Positions 28,566-38,941 of a DNA stretch of 64,000 nucleotides are shown piece after piece (position 1 is the stretch's first letter; each line of letters begins with the position of its first letter). A program made the translations under genes and the position numbers. The notes below the pieces were generated by a model. It did not search any database and had not been told where the DNA came from. It saw only the letters and a list, made by a program, of their open reading frames with translations. Source of the stretch: a bacterium (GTDB lineage Bacteria > Electryoneota > Electryoneia > Electryoneales > Electryoneaceae); NCBI GenBank assembly GCA_963669175.1, contig OY769902.1, positions 1,760,001-1,824,000 of the forward strand, in the 5' to 3' direction.

Positions 28566-29615
28566 ATGCGCTTACGCATCAACCTTGGCTACGACGGGAC
28601 AGATTTTAAAGGCTGGCAACTTCAGCCCGGGGATACCCGTACGGTCCAGGGGGAGCTGGAAAAAACCATTGGCCAATTGTTCGGCAATGTGCGTCGCTTG
28701 CGTGTCATTGTCGCTGGACGTACTGATGCCGGGGTTCATGCAGCCGGACAGGTTTGCCACGTGGATACGCCGGAGAACCTGGAAGTCGAGGAAATCGAGA
28801 AAGGACTACGCGCCTTGCTGCCGGGCGATGTACAGATCTGGCGCGTACGAAGAACCTTTAACCATTTCCACGCCCGTTACTGGGCACGGGAACGAGTTTA
28901 CGTATACCGCATCCTGAAGAAACCGGACGTTTTTCTGCAACGGTTCGGCTGGTGTCCTGAAATGAAGTTTGATCCCGCCCGCGCTGCGGAGCTGACCGAT
29001 GTTTTCCTGGGCCGTTATAACTTCAAACCCTTTACCACCAAGCTGCACAAGGGTGATGATCCAATCTGTGAAGTAAAAGAGGTTAACTTCATTGAGACGC
29101 CGGACTGCTGGCTGTTCCAGGTACGCGCCGACCGTTTCCTGCGCAGGATGGTACGCGCACTGGTCAGTACGCTTGTCTACATGGCGGCGGAAAAACTGGA
29201 CCCGGACGAGGTTCGCGAAGTGATTACTTCTGGGATAATGACCAAGGAAGCATGGGAACGCTATAAGCGTGAACATCCGCTGATTCAATACAAAAATGAA
29301 GACAAGCCTGATACGAATAGTGAGGGAGAGGCTGGAACTACTGTTTCAGGCGTGAGTTCCACAGATATAATTAAAAGCGATTATGAACCGGCAGGCGGTC
29401 AGGCACGCTATATACCCGAGGAAAATGAGGATAATACTGGACAAAAGAGTATACATGGCGACAATTTAATTGAAGTAGCCAATAATAACAAAGGGTTAAG
29501 TCGGCCTGTTGCACCGCCTGCGCCTCCGCAAGGGCTGGCATTGGTACGGGTCCGTTACGATATTGACGACGAGTTTGATACACATTCCTTTTCAACTTGG
29601 AGAATACCTTCATGA
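28566..29615 (+). CDS. truA: tRNA pseudouridine(38-40) synthase with large in-frame insertion
   Basis: [38 protein letters not shown]. Confidence 0.9.
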   Translation: MRLRINLGYDGTDFKGWQLQPGDTRTVQGELEKTIGQLFGNVRRLRVIVAGRTDAGVHAAGQVCHVDTPENLEVEEIEKGLRALLPGDVQIWRVRRTFNHFHARYWARERVYVYRILKKPDVFLQRFGWCPEMKFDPARAAELTDVFLGRYNFKPFTTKLHKGDDPICEVKEVNFIETPDCWLFQVRADRFLRRMVRALVSTLVYMAAEKLDPDEVREVITSGIMTKEAWERYKREHPLIQYKNEDKPDTNSEGEAGTTVSGVSSTDIIKSDYEPAGGQARYIPEENEDNTGQKSIHGDNLIEVANNNKGLSRPVAPPAPPQGLALVRVRYDIDDEFDTHSFSTWRIPS

Positions 29616-30259
29616 AGCTGTTCATCGATACCGCGGACATAGAAGAGATCCGGCAAGCTGCGGATATGGGCGTCATAGACGGCGTTACCACAAATCCTTC
29701 CCTTATCGCCAAGACCGGAAAGCCCTTCCGGCAGGTACTGGATGAGATCGTTGCCATCATTGACGGCCCGATTTCAGCGGAAGTGGTTGCGCTGGATGCG
29801 GAAGGCATGATCAGAGAAGGCAAGGAGCTGGCAGAGATTCACAGCAATATTGTGATCAAGGTGCCGTTGACGGTTGACGGACTGAAAGCCTGTAAAGCCC
29901 TTTCCGACGAAGGCATTGCCGTGAACCAGACACTGTGCTTCTCGCCGATGCAGGCGCTCCTGTCGGCCAAGGCCGGCGCTGCCTATATCAGCCCGTTCGT
30001 CGGTCGCCTCGATGATATCGCGCATGATGGCATGGAATTGATTCGCCAGATTGTTGAGATCTACGGGAACTACGGATTTGGCACGGAAGTACTGGTAGCA
30101 AGTGTTCGCAACCCGATTCACCTGCTGGAGTCGGCATTGATCGGGGCGGATGTCGCCACAGTACCGTTTAAGGTTATCAAGCAGTTGGCCAAGCATCCGT
30201 TGACGGATATTGGTTTGGAGAATTTCCTCAAGGACTGGGAGAACGTACCGAAGTCATGA
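29612..30259 (+). CDS. fsa: Transaldolase/fructose-6-phosphate aldolase (type 3B)
   Basis: [38 protein letters not shown]. Confidence 0.92.
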   Translation: MKLFIDTADIEEIRQAADMGVIDGVTTNPSLIAKTGKPFRQVLDEIVAIIDGPISAEVVALDAEGMIREGKELAEIHSNIVIKVPLTVDGLKACKALSDEGIAVNQTLCFSPMQALLSAKAGAAYISPFVGRLDDIAHDGMELIRQIVEIYGNYGFGTEVLVASVRNPIHLLESALIGADVATVPFKVIKQLAKHPLTDIGLENFLKDWENVPKS

Positions 30260-31518
30260 GGCGTTTCCTGCTGTGGTTTGTCGTTGGGCTCTTGATAGGC
30301 GCCGGGGGAGCGGCCGGGTATCACTACCTGTTGCAAGCTCCGGCACCGGTTGAGCAGGCCCAATCGGCGCGGGGGAGTGAGTCTGATACGGAAGAGGAGG
30401 CGATCTGGCCTCCTCCGCCCGTTTTGGCGGACTCTGCCAGTTACCCACGCAGGGGAGAATTGAGTTCGGAAGTCGCTACTGAACGTCAAACAGCGATAAC
30501 ACGTGCGATAGAAAAAGGCTCGCCTGCTGTCGTGGGCATCCTGGTCACCCAGCTACGCCGTTATCGTCGTAACAGCAATCCCTGGTTTCGTGATCCTTTC
30601 TTCGACTATTTCTATGGCTCTCAGCAACAACAGCAGCAGGCGATCCAGGAATTCGGGTCCGGGTTTATCATGACGCCCGATGGGTATGTAGTAACCAATG
30701 AACACGTTGTCCATAACGCTGCCGACATTAAAGTCCAGATGGCAGAGGGCAAGGAATACGAAGCGGAAATTATCGGAACTGATTTTGACTCCGATCTTGC
30801 CCTGTTGAAGATCAAGACGGAAGAAGAAGTCGCGTTTCCCTGGATTCCGATTTGTCCCTCGGATGAAGTCATCGTAGGCGAGTGGGCCATAGCAATCGGG
30901 AATCCGTTCGGGTTGTTCCAGCTAAGTTCGCAACCTTCCGTGTCGGTTGGCGTTGTATCGGCATCGGGTCTGAGTTGGCAGCGAAAAAGTGATGGACGTC
31001 TTTACAGTGACATGATTCAGACGGATGCAGCGATCAACCCGGGTAATTCGGGTGGACCGCTGCTGAACGCCATGGGGCACGTCATTGGTGTGAACACCTT
31101 TATCTATACTCCGGGCGGATCGGGTGGCTCGGTAGGGGTTGGTTTCGCTATTCCGGCGCGTACCCTGCGTGAACGTATCGCACAATTGAAGCAGCGTGAG
31201 GGTGCGGCCAGCGATTTCTGGACCGGGTTGACGGTTCAGAAAATTGATCCCTGGATGGCACGGATGTATGGTTTCCCGGTGGCGCGTGGAGCGTTGGTTG
31301 CGGAAGTGGAAGAGAACAGCCCCGGCAGTCATGCCGGCATCAAGTCCGGTGATATCCTGGTTGAGATTGAACAAATTCCAGTCACCAACGCCGATGCCAT
31401 ACTTCAGTATTTTAAGAACCATGACATGCGTGTAGGCGACAAACTGCATCTGAAACTCATTCGTAACGGCCAGGAAAAGGATGTAGTGATGATTTTGGAG
31501 GCGATACCCCGTGATTGA
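30256..31518 (+). CDS. HtrA/DegQ-like trypsin serine protease with one PDZ domain
   Basis: [27 protein letters not shown]; N-terminal TM. Confidence 0.93.
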   Translation: MRRFLLWFVVGLLIGAGGAAGYHYLLQAPAPVEQAQSARGSESDTEEEAIWPPPPVLADSASYPRRGELSSEVATERQTAITRAIEKGSPAVVGILVTQLRRYRRNSNPWFRDPFFDYFYGSQQQQQQAIQEFGSGFIMTPDGYVVTNEHVVHNAADIKVQMAEGKEYEAEIIGTDFDSDLALLKIKTEEEVAFPWIPICPSDEVIVGEWAIAIGNPFGLFQLSSQPSVSVGVVSASGLSWQRKSDGRLYSDMIQTDAAINPGNSGGPLLNAMGHVIGVNTFIYTPGGSGGSVGVGFAIPARTLRERIAQLKQREGAASDFWTGLTVQKIDPWMARMYGFPVARGALVAEVEENSPGSHAGIKSGDILVEIEQIPVTNADAILQYFKNHDMRVGDKLHLKLIRNGQEKDVVMILEAIPRD

Positions 31519-32809
31519 ACGATATACACGACCGAAGATTGGCGCCATCTGGACAGATGAAGCCAGGTTCAGAACATGGCTGCAGGTTGAGCTTGCAGTA
31601 TGCAAATCCTGGGCAAAACGTGGCAGGATTCCGGAAGAAGCGTTGAATACCATTCTTGACAAGGCGGATTTCGATACTGAAGAGATCCTGACCATTGAAA
31701 AGACGGTACGACATGATGTAATCGCGTTTCTGACCAGTGTAGCGCGTCATGTCGGCGCGGATTCGCGATATATCCACCTGGGCATGACCTCTTCGGACAT
31801 GCTGGATACTGCTTTGGCGCTGCAACTGAAGCAGGTTGCGCCCTTGCTCCTGGATGGCTGCGAACGGCTCAAAAATGCGCTGAAAGAGAAAGCGCTGAAG
31901 TATCGTCGTTTGCCTGCAATCGGACGTACGCATGGTGTCCATGCCGAGCCGGTGGCGTTCGGATTGCGATTTGCGCGTTTCTACGAGCAGATGGACCGCG
32001 CGTCCAAACAGCTTGAGCAGGCGTTTGATTCCGCATGTGTGGGGAAGCTGTCCGGTGCGGTCGGCTGTTATGTTCACCTCGATCCGGAGATGGAAGAAGA
32101 GGTGATGGACAGGCTGGGAATCGGAGTCGCACCCATCTCCAGCCAGATCGTTTCCCGTGACCGAATTGCCTCACTCCTCGCTGCTATTGCTCTGGTCGGA
32201 GCGGTAATGGAAGGAATTGCTCTGGAGGTACGTCACCTGCAACGGACCGAAGTTGGCGAAGCTCGTGAAGGCTTCCGAGTGGGGCAAAAAGGAAGTTCGG
32301 CAATGCCGCATAAGCGCAACCCCATTGACTCGGAGAAGATTTGCGGCATGGCCCGACTGCTGCGTGGAAACATGCATGCAGCGTATGAAAATGTCGCTCT
32401 GTGGCACGAGCGCGACATTTCGCATTCTTCTGTAGAACGTGTTATCTTGCCCGACAGCACGATTGCGCTTTCATATTTATTGCATCTTACTTCGGATGTT
32501 GTCGAGAACCTGTATGTCGAGGAAGCCAACATTGAACGCAACCTCGGCATTACCGGCGGAGCAGTATTCTCGGAGGGGCTGCTCCTCGAGTTGGTGCAGA
32601 CAGGCATGACTCGTGAAAATGCCTACGCAATTGTGCAACGTGTAGCACACGGCGCGATGGAGAAAAAAGTCGGGTTTGAAGAAGCGGCGCTGGATACACC
32701 GGAATTGAAAGAAAAGCTGGATGAAGCCACCATTCGCTCTGCGTTTGATTTGAATCATATTTTACGGAACGTGGACTTTATCTATCGTAGACTGGGCCTG
32801 GACGAGTGA
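31511..32809 (+). CDS. purB: Adenylosuccinate lyase
   Basis: MIERYT, GRTHGVHAEP, GSSAMPHKRNP. Confidence 0.96.
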   Translation: MIERYTRPKIGAIWTDEARFRTWLQVELAVCKSWAKRGRIPEEALNTILDKADFDTEEILTIEKTVRHDVIAFLTSVARHVGADSRYIHLGMTSSDMLDTALALQLKQVAPLLLDGCERLKNALKEKALKYRRLPAIGRTHGVHAEPVAFGLRFARFYEQMDRASKQLEQAFDSACVGKLSGAVGCYVHLDPEMEEEVMDRLGIGVAPISSQIVSRDRIASLLAAIALVGAVMEGIALEVRHLQRTEVGEAREGFRVGQKGSSAMPHKRNPIDSEKICGMARLLRGNMHAAYENVALWHERDISHSSVERVILPDSTIALSYLLHLTSDVVENLYVEEANIERNLGITGGAVFSEGLLLELVQTGMTRENAYAIVQRVAHGAMEKKVGFEEAALDTPELKEKLDEATIRSAFDLNHILRNVDFIYRRLGLDE

Positions 32810-32843
32810 ACTGACCAGCCCTACGGACCAAGGAGACTTCTGC

Positions 32844-33554
32844 ATGGAAAAGAAGGACCTGCTCTACGAAGGCAAAGCAAAACAACTGTTCATGACGGAT
32901 GATACAGATCTGCTCATCCAGGTCTTTAAAGATGAGCTATCAGCCTTCAATGGGACGAAAAAAGGGGAGTTTGAAGGTAAGGGCGCTATCTGTAACGGGA
33001 TATCCACTTACCTGTTCGAATACCTGGAAAACTATCACGTTCCTACCCATTTTGCAAAAAAATTCTCCGCTACGGAGATGGTTGTAAAACGGCTGGAAAT
33101 GATCCCGATTGAAGTCGTTGTCCGCAATATTGCCACCGCGAACCTCGCCAAGACGTACAACCTGGAAGAGGGCGCGGTGCTTGAATATCCGATCATCGAG
33201 TATTTCCTGAAGAATGACCGTCTGGGCGACCCGATGATCAATGAGCATCATGCGTTTGCCATGGGGTACGCCACTCCGGAAGAAATGCGCCTGATTTCAC
33301 GGGTTGTCTCCAAGGTGAACGCCATCCTGAAATCGTTCTTTGATCGCAGGAGCCTGCTGCTGGTGGACTTCAAGCTGGAGTTCGGCAAGCACGGCAAACA
33401 TCTGCTGATCGGCGACGAGATTTCGCCGGATACCTGCCGTATCTGGGACAAGAAGACAAGTAAAAAGATGGATAAAGACCGGTTCCGCTTCGATATGGGT
33501 GGGGTGGACAAGGTTTACCAGGAACTATTGGACCGCATCATAAGCGTGGGTTGA
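32844..33554 (+). CDS. purC: SAICAR synthetase
   Basis: LYEGKAK, LVDFKLEFG, DEISPDTCRIWD. Confidence 0.96.
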   Translation: MEKKDLLYEGKAKQLFMTDDTDLLIQVFKDELSAFNGTKKGEFEGKGAICNGISTYLFEYLENYHVPTHFAKKFSATEMVVKRLEMIPIEVVVRNIATANLAKTYNLEEGAVLEYPIIEYFLKNDRLGDPMINEHHAFAMGYATPEEMRLISRVVSKVNAILKSFFDRRSLLLVDFKLEFGKHGKHLLIGDEISPDTCRIWDKKTSKKMDKDRFRFDMGGVDKVYQELLDRIISVG

Positions 33555-33555
33555 C

Positions 33556-34230
33556 ATGTTTGCTCCTGAAGGACTCTGGTTTATCCTTGCGCCGGCAATT
33601 GCGCTTGTGCTGTTCGCCGCAATTGCTTTTTGGCGGAAAAGGAACGGTTTATGGAAGGGCCTTGCGGCCTTTTTTCTCTTGTTGACACTGTTTATGCTGT
33701 TCTTCTTCCGTGATCCCAGCCGGGATTTGCCGGATGAAACAGCAATTGTGTCACCGGCTGATGGGACTGTCCTGTCCATTCGTCGCCTGGCTGACGGGCA
33801 GATGAATATCGCCATCTTCCTGTCACTGATGAATGTTCATCAGATTCGCACCCCTGTTTCCGGGAAAGTTGTCTCCGCAGAATACATTCCCGGGAAGTAT
33901 CATCGTGCGGATCAGGCCGTTGCGGGCGTGGAAAACGAGCATGTCAAGTTCATGACAGATTCACCGCACGGGATGATTGAAACCCGGGTATATGCCGGGA
34001 AAGTCGCTCGCAGAATCGTCTGTCCTATCAAAGAAGGCGACGAAATAAAGGCTGGCCAGCGAATTGGTTTTATCCGGTTCGGATCACGTGCGGAAGTGAC
34101 ACTCCCACCGAAAAGTGATATCCGTGTTGTTGTTGATCAGCGGATTACCGGTGGCGAGACCATACTGGCGGTTGTACCGGAACCGGATGAGTCGGATTCG
34201 TTGACAGTGGAGGCGGACAGTGCTCCGTAG
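33556..34230 (+). CDS. psd: Phosphatidylserine decarboxylase proenzyme
   Basis: FFRDP, SPADG, FGSR cleavage motif. Confidence 0.9.
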   Translation: MFAPEGLWFILAPAIALVLFAAIAFWRKRNGLWKGLAAFFLLLTLFMLFFFRDPSRDLPDETAIVSPADGTVLSIRRLADGQMNIAIFLSLMNVHQIRTPVSGKVVSAEYIPGKYHRADQAVAGVENEHVKFMTDSPHGMIETRVYAGKVARRIVCPIKEGDEIKAGQRIGFIRFGSRAEVTLPPKSDIRVVVDQRITGGETILAVVPEPDESDSLTVEADSAP

Positions 34231-34909
34231 GGTTATCCCGACCCTTTTAACGGCATCCAATGCAGGATGTGGTATTGCAGCCATGTTCCTGATTCTGCAG
34301 GGACATACGTTCTGGCCGGGTTTTCTGCTTCTGTTTGCAGCTTTCCTGGATGGAATAGATGGGACTGTTGCTCGCCGCCTTGGAGTCGCAGGTAGTACCG
34401 GGGCCGGTCTGGATACCATAGCCGACCTGATTTCTTTCGGCGCTGCGCCTGCCGTGCTGGTCGCTTTTGTGGCAAAAGGTCCGTACGGTCTCGCGGCTGG
34501 GTTGTTCTATGGTGTTATGATTGTAGCGCGTCTTATCAGGTATCACATGATTCATATGCCCCCGGGAGTATTCATGGGATTACCGGCGCCGATAGCGGCG
34601 ATGCCGGTAATGGCGGTTGCCATGATGTCGCTTCAGACGTCCGGACCTCCAGTATGGCCCATTATCGCTGCAGTGCTTTCAGGACTGTTTGCCATGCTTC
34701 CTGTCTCTTTCCCGGCGTGGCGGCATCCATCCATTCTGGGACTGCCTGCTTTTGTGAAGTTCGGGTTTTTGATTGTTGGAATTGGAGCGTTACCATTTGT
34801 TTTCGAAGAGTCTGTGTTGACCTGTCACTTGATTTATATTGTATTCTCACCCATGCTTCTGACACGCTATGAAACATTGCTCAATGATGAGCATAAGGAA
34901 GAGGTGTAA
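34220..34909 (+). CDS. pssA: CDP-diacylglycerol-serine O-phosphatidyltransferase
   Basis: DGIDGTVAR...LDTIADLISFG; FMGLPAP. Confidence 0.85.
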   Translation: MLRRVIPTLLTASNAGCGIAAMFLILQGHTFWPGFLLLFAAFLDGIDGTVARRLGVAGSTGAGLDTIADLISFGAAPAVLVAFVAKGPYGLAAGLFYGVMIVARLIRYHMIHMPPGVFMGLPAPIAAMPVMAVAMMSLQTSGPPVWPIIAAVLSGLFAMLPVSFPAWRHPSILGLPAFVKFGFLIVGIGALPFVFEESVLTCHLIYIVFSPMLLTRYETLLNDEHKEEV

Positions 34910-34954
34910 CTGCACGATATCGCGTGTACCATGCAGAAGGGATCGAGGGAAGAG

Positions 34955-35209
34955 ATGGTCGTACTTGTTGAAGTGATGCCGAAAGAGGGAATCCTGGACC
35001 CCCAGGGCAAGGCGGTTGGGAATGCGCTGCGTCAGATGGGGTACGAGGAAGTGGGTGAGGTGAAGATCGGAAAAATCATTCGTCTGGAACTGGACGAGAC
35101 CGATCCCGACAAAGCACGCGCCCGTGCAGAAGAGATGGGGCGGCAGCTCCTGGCCAATCCGAATGTGGAACGGTTCCGGGTAGTTTTCCCCGAGGAGGCA
35201 GTCGCGTGA
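34955..35209 (+). CDS. purS: FGAM synthase subunit PurS
   Basis: ILDPQGKAV, IGK, LLANPNVE. Confidence 0.93.
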   Translation: MVVLVEVMPKEGILDPQGKAVGNALRQMGYEEVGEVKIGKIIRLELDETDPDKARARAEEMGRQLLANPNVERFRVVFPEEAVA

Positions 35210-35898
35210 AATGGGGTGTAGTTGTATTTCCCGGGTCCAATTGTGACCATGATGCCTATTACGCTCTTCACGACATCCTTGGGCAGGATGTTCGTTATAT
35301 CTGGCATACGGAACGTGATCTCGATGGTCTGGATGGCGTGATGCTCCCCGGCGGTTTTGCTTATGGCGATTATCTCCGCGCCGGAGCCATCGCACGTTTC
35401 AGCCCGGCAATGGATGAGCTGGTTAAATTTTCGGAAAAAGGCGGCACGGTTATCGGTGTTTGTAACGGTTTCCAGGTCTTGACCGAGCTGGGGTTGCTGC
35501 CCGGCGCGCTGGTGCGCAATACCGGTCTGCGGTTCATCTGCGAAGACCTGCCCCTGCGGGTGGAACATGCTGACAGCAGGTTCACCGCTACTTGCAAAGC
35601 CGGGGAAGTGCTGAACATCCCGGTAGCGCACAATGAAGGCAATTACATGCTGGACGAAGCGGGGCTGGATGAACTGGAAGCGAACAAACAGGTTCTGTTC
35701 CGGTACTGTACCCGTGAAGGTGAAGTGACAAAAGAAGTGAATCCGAACGGATCAAGCCGTAATATCGCGGGTATCATGAATCGCCAGGGCAATGTGCTGG
35801 GGATGATGCCGCACCCGGAACGCCGTGTTGATGCCGTTCTGGGGCATGTTGACGGCCGTAAGATATTCGAAAGTGTTCTCCAAAGCGTTGGGGGCTGA
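35206..35898 (+). CDS. purQ: FGAM synthase glutaminase subunit
   Basis: FPGSNCD, PGGFAYGDYLR, GVCNGFQ, MMPHPER. Confidence 0.96.
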   Translation: MKWGVVVFPGSNCDHDAYYALHDILGQDVRYIWHTERDLDGLDGVMLPGGFAYGDYLRAGAIARFSPAMDELVKFSEKGGTVIGVCNGFQVLTELGLLPGALVRNTGLRFICEDLPLRVEHADSRFTATCKAGEVLNIPVAHNEGNYMLDEAGLDELEANKQVLFRYCTREGEVTKEVNPNGSSRNIAGIMNRQGNVLGMMPHPERRVDAVLGHVDGRKIFESVLQSVGG

Positions 35899-36740
35899 TG
35901 AGCAGGAAAAAACCTGCCAGTGAGATGAATTTCCTGGATCACCTCGACGAGCTGCGAAGCGTCCTGATCAAGGCGCTGATCGGGCTCATGATCGGGGTGA
36001 TTGTGTCTTACTTCTTTTCGCCCAGGATCCAGGACCTGTTGTTGCTGGCGTTCAAAACGCCGGAGAACATTCGTCTGTCCCTTTTGTATCCTACCGAAGG
36101 TTTCATGGTGCAACTGAAAATCTCGCTGGTGGCGGGAATTTTCGTCGCTGCGCCCTGGATATTTTACCAGTTCTGGTCCTTTGTCGCCCCGGCGCTTTAT
36201 GATAATGAAAAGCGCTGGATCGGGCCGACAGTATTCTTTACCAGCCTCTGCTTTATCACCGGCGCCGTGTTCGCCTGGTTTGTGCTGTTGTGGGCGACAT
36301 CCTTCCTGATGGGATTTGCTTCGGATGGTGGAAGCGTCACCCTGGGATGGGGCGGACATACCTTCCTTGAGTTCGGAACACCCGCAGTGGAAAATGTCTG
36401 GTCACTGGGCAAAACGCTCGATTTCATCCTGCGCATGTTCCTCGCATTCGGGGTGATGTTTGAGCTGCCCGTCGCCATGTATTTCCTGGCACGGCTTGGG
36501 CTGGTGGACGCAAAGTTTCTGCGCACCTACCGTAAGCATGCCTATGTGCTGGTCTTGATCGCAGCAGCCATCATTACGCCCCCGGATGTCATTACCCAGA
36601 TTGCGCTGGGGTTGCCCTTGTTCGGCCTCTATGAAATCAGCATCTATGTCGCCATGATCGGTTCCAGGCGGCACAAAAAAGCCATTGATTCGATGGGGCA
36701 GGATGAGGAAAGTAGCGCCAAGGCGGGAGGCGCCGCATGA
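35898..36740 (+). CDS. tatC: Twin-arginine translocase subunit TatC
   Basis: DHLDELR, PALYDNEKR, FELP, ITPPD, LYE. Confidence 0.93.
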   Translation: MSRKKPASEMNFLDHLDELRSVLIKALIGLMIGVIVSYFFSPRIQDLLLLAFKTPENIRLSLLYPTEGFMVQLKISLVAGIFVAAPWIFYQFWSFVAPALYDNEKRWIGPTVFFTSLCFITGAVFAWFVLLWATSFLMGFASDGGSVTLGWGGHTFLEFGTPAVENVWSLGKTLDFILRMFLAFGVMFELPVAMYFLARLGLVDAKFLRTYRKHAYVLVLIAAAIITPPDVITQIALGLPLFGLYEISIYVAMIGSRRHKKAIDSMGQDEESSAKAGGAA

Positions 36741-37168
36741 TGCCCGGCGGTGGTGAACTGATCCTGATCGCGTTTGTGATTCTGCTTCTGTTTGGAGGCA
36801 AGGAACTGCCGCGAGTGGCGCGTACCCTCGGCAAGTGGACCTCAATCTTTCGCCGCTCAATGAATGAAGTCCGCCGCGAGATCAACCGTATCGCGCTGGA
36901 AGATGAGCTGGCCGAAGCGAAAAAATCGTTCGGCGAACTCAATAAGGACTTGCGCGAAGAGCTGCACTTGGACCGTAAACTCTATGAACCACCCGAGTCA
37001 CGCGAGGCCGGTGCATCCGAGAAAAAAAAGACCGTATCACGTGATAATCCCTACGCAAAGCAGTCCGAAACATCCGGCATGATAAAGGACAGTGATGCCA
37101 AGCCGGACCAACCTGCCACGGATACCACTCCGAAACAAGGTGAAACCGAAACGGATGAACCCGGGTAA
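36737..37168 (+). CDS. TatA/TatB-family subunit
   Basis: GELILIAFVILLLFGGKELPRVARTLG; long charged tail. Confidence 0.88.
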   Translation: MMPGGGELILIAFVILLLFGGKELPRVARTLGKWTSIFRRSMNEVRREINRIALEDELAEAKKSFGELNKDLREELHLDRKLYEPPESREAGASEKKKTVSRDNPYAKQSETSGMIKDSDAKPDQPATDTTPKQGETETDEPG

Positions 37169-37175
37169 AACTACC

Positions 37176-37982
37176 ATGAAAGCTCCACGATTTCCATTGA
37201 TTTCCGGTTTCCGCTCGACCGTGCTGTTTCTGATACTTGCGGCACTAATGCTGCCTATAGCCTATGTGTCCGCGCAAGACACAGAACAGGTTTTTATGGC
37301 TGTCGCAGTCAACGAGTTTCCTCACGATGTCGAGGCGTACACCCAGGGATTGGTGATTCACAATGGTTTCCTGTTTGAGGGAACCGGGCTGAACGGGTAT
37401 TCTTCCATTCGTCGTGAACACCTGGAGACCGGAGTTGTCCTGCAACAGCGTGATATGGAGAAGAAGTATTTTGGGGAAGGTATCACCATCTTCGACGATA
37501 TGCTGATCCAGGTAACCTACCTGAACCGTGAAGGATTCGTCTACACCGTGGATGAATTTGAACCGGTATCGTCATTCCGCTATACCCAGCAAGGGTGGGG
37601 GCTGACTCACGACGGCGAAAAGCTGATTATGAGTGATGGTACCTCTACGCTGTATTTCCTCGATCCAGTCAGTTTTTCCAAACGTGGGCAGATTGATGTG
37701 TGGTCCTCGAACGGTCCCCTGACACACCTGAACGAGCTGGAATACATTGACGGTGAAATCTGGGCGAATGTATACCCCACCTACTATATCGCACGAATCA
37801 ACCCGGAAACCGGCCAGGTCAACAGTTGGATCAACTGCAGCGAACTTCTGGACGATGCAGACTGGCATGACAAGATCGATGTGCTGAACGGCATCGCATA
37901 CGATCCCGAAACAGGGCGCATTTTCGTGACCGGTAAACGCTGGCCGAAACTGTATGAGATCGAGCTGATCCCGATGGACTGA
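37176..37982 (+). CDS. Glutaminyl-peptide cyclotransferase (type I, beta-propeller)
   Basis: YTQGL, FGEGIT, GWGLT, SDG, LNELE, VLNGIA, TGKRW; signal peptide. Confidence 0.9.
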   Translation: MKAPRFPLISGFRSTVLFLILAALMLPIAYVSAQDTEQVFMAVAVNEFPHDVEAYTQGLVIHNGFLFEGTGLNGYSSIRREHLETGVVLQQRDMEKKYFGEGITIFDDMLIQVTYLNREGFVYTVDEFEPVSSFRYTQQGWGLTHDGEKLIMSDGTSTLYFLDPVSFSKRGQIDVWSSNGPLTHLNELEYIDGEIWANVYPTYYIARINPETGQVNSWINCSELLDDADWHDKIDVLNGIAYDPETGRIFVTGKRWPKLYEIELIPMD

Positions 37983-37987
37983 CGGGA

Positions 37988-38051
37988 AGTGAAAAAAGTA
38001 GACAGTGAATAAAGTGAAAAAAGTAAAGAAGGTAAAAAATGTAAAGAAAGT
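37988..38051. repeat. Degenerate 9-bp purine-rich tandem repeat (AGTRAARAA)
   Basis: About seven units directly after the cyclase stop. Confidence 0.7.
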
Positions 38052-38182
38052 CATTTGACGGGCAAGTGTGGCCCGATCCGCAAGTGACGTAACTTCCACT
38101 TTCCATTCAACAACAATACTCCCACGACATCTCCATTCTATCCATACTCATGAGCGCATCGGGACGTGTCGTAAAGGTTGCA

Positions 38183-38267
38183 GGAAAAGGGGACTGTTTC
38201 CTTTTCGTTGCGCTGAGATATATGATTATAAATACAGGGGATCGAAAAGGGGACTGTCCCCTTTTCC
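38183..38267. repeat. Two GGAAAAGGGGACTGTCCCCTTTTCC-type palindromes
   Basis: 38183-38206 and near-perfect 38244-38267. Confidence 0.85.
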
Positions 38268-38419
38268 ATGAGACAAGGCTTCATCACTAACATGAGTCTG
38301 GATAAAGTTCTGTGTATTTGCCAAAGACTCGAAAGCTGCCACATTCCCGACTCACTCATAGTCGCGTCATGGATTGTCACTTCAGCACAGTACCCATCAC
38401 GAACGACAGCGTCAGTTCC

Positions 38420-38579
38420 ATCACGTACGAGTCGGGCCACCCGAGCTTGCTGCACAGGATAATGTCGTCGCCTTTGATCCGATGCGCTCAATGTTGCGTC
38501 ACGTGGCATTGCTTCATCAGAGTATTCTTGAATCTGTCCACGAGGAAGCTATATCACTTGCGAGTCGGGCCACCCGAGC
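38420..38579. repeat. Two 27-bp direct repeats containing a hairpin
   Basis: ATCACGTACGAGTCGGGCCACCCGAGC 38420-46 and ATCACTTGCGAGTCGGGCCACCCGAGC 38553-79. Confidence 0.8.
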
Positions 38580-38941
38580 GGGGACTTGGGTATCCTGAAC
38601 AAGGCCATCTCAACTTAGCCTTCCTGGGTCAATGCGAAGTTCGCTGATTGACAACGCTACACATCCCGCAATCCAACCCTTTGAAAAGAATGGGCAGTCA
38701 AAATGCGAAGCGTGGTCAAGTTGAGGAATAGTGGGGAGATAGTGCTATCTGCATTGTTTTTAATTAGTTTCAATCAGCTTCAGCTTGAACTGACCAGACA
38801 GACTTCCCCCCACTTTTTCCACTAATTTCTTCTTACTTATGGATTCCTGACGAAATTTGATTATCTTATTAACACGGTGATTCTAGATTCTGCTTCGCAT
38901 CGTTCGAGCAATTTCGGCACTCAACAACTGGGAGGGCCTGT

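Noticed and set aside
29235-29500. Intein in TruA
   Set aside because: No N-terminal Cys/Ser block, no His-Asn end, and too short and low-complexity.
31511-35898. psd-pssA nested among pur genes as a novelty
   Set aside because: To my recollection this order recurs in FCB-group genomes; treated as ordinary synteny (not verified by search).
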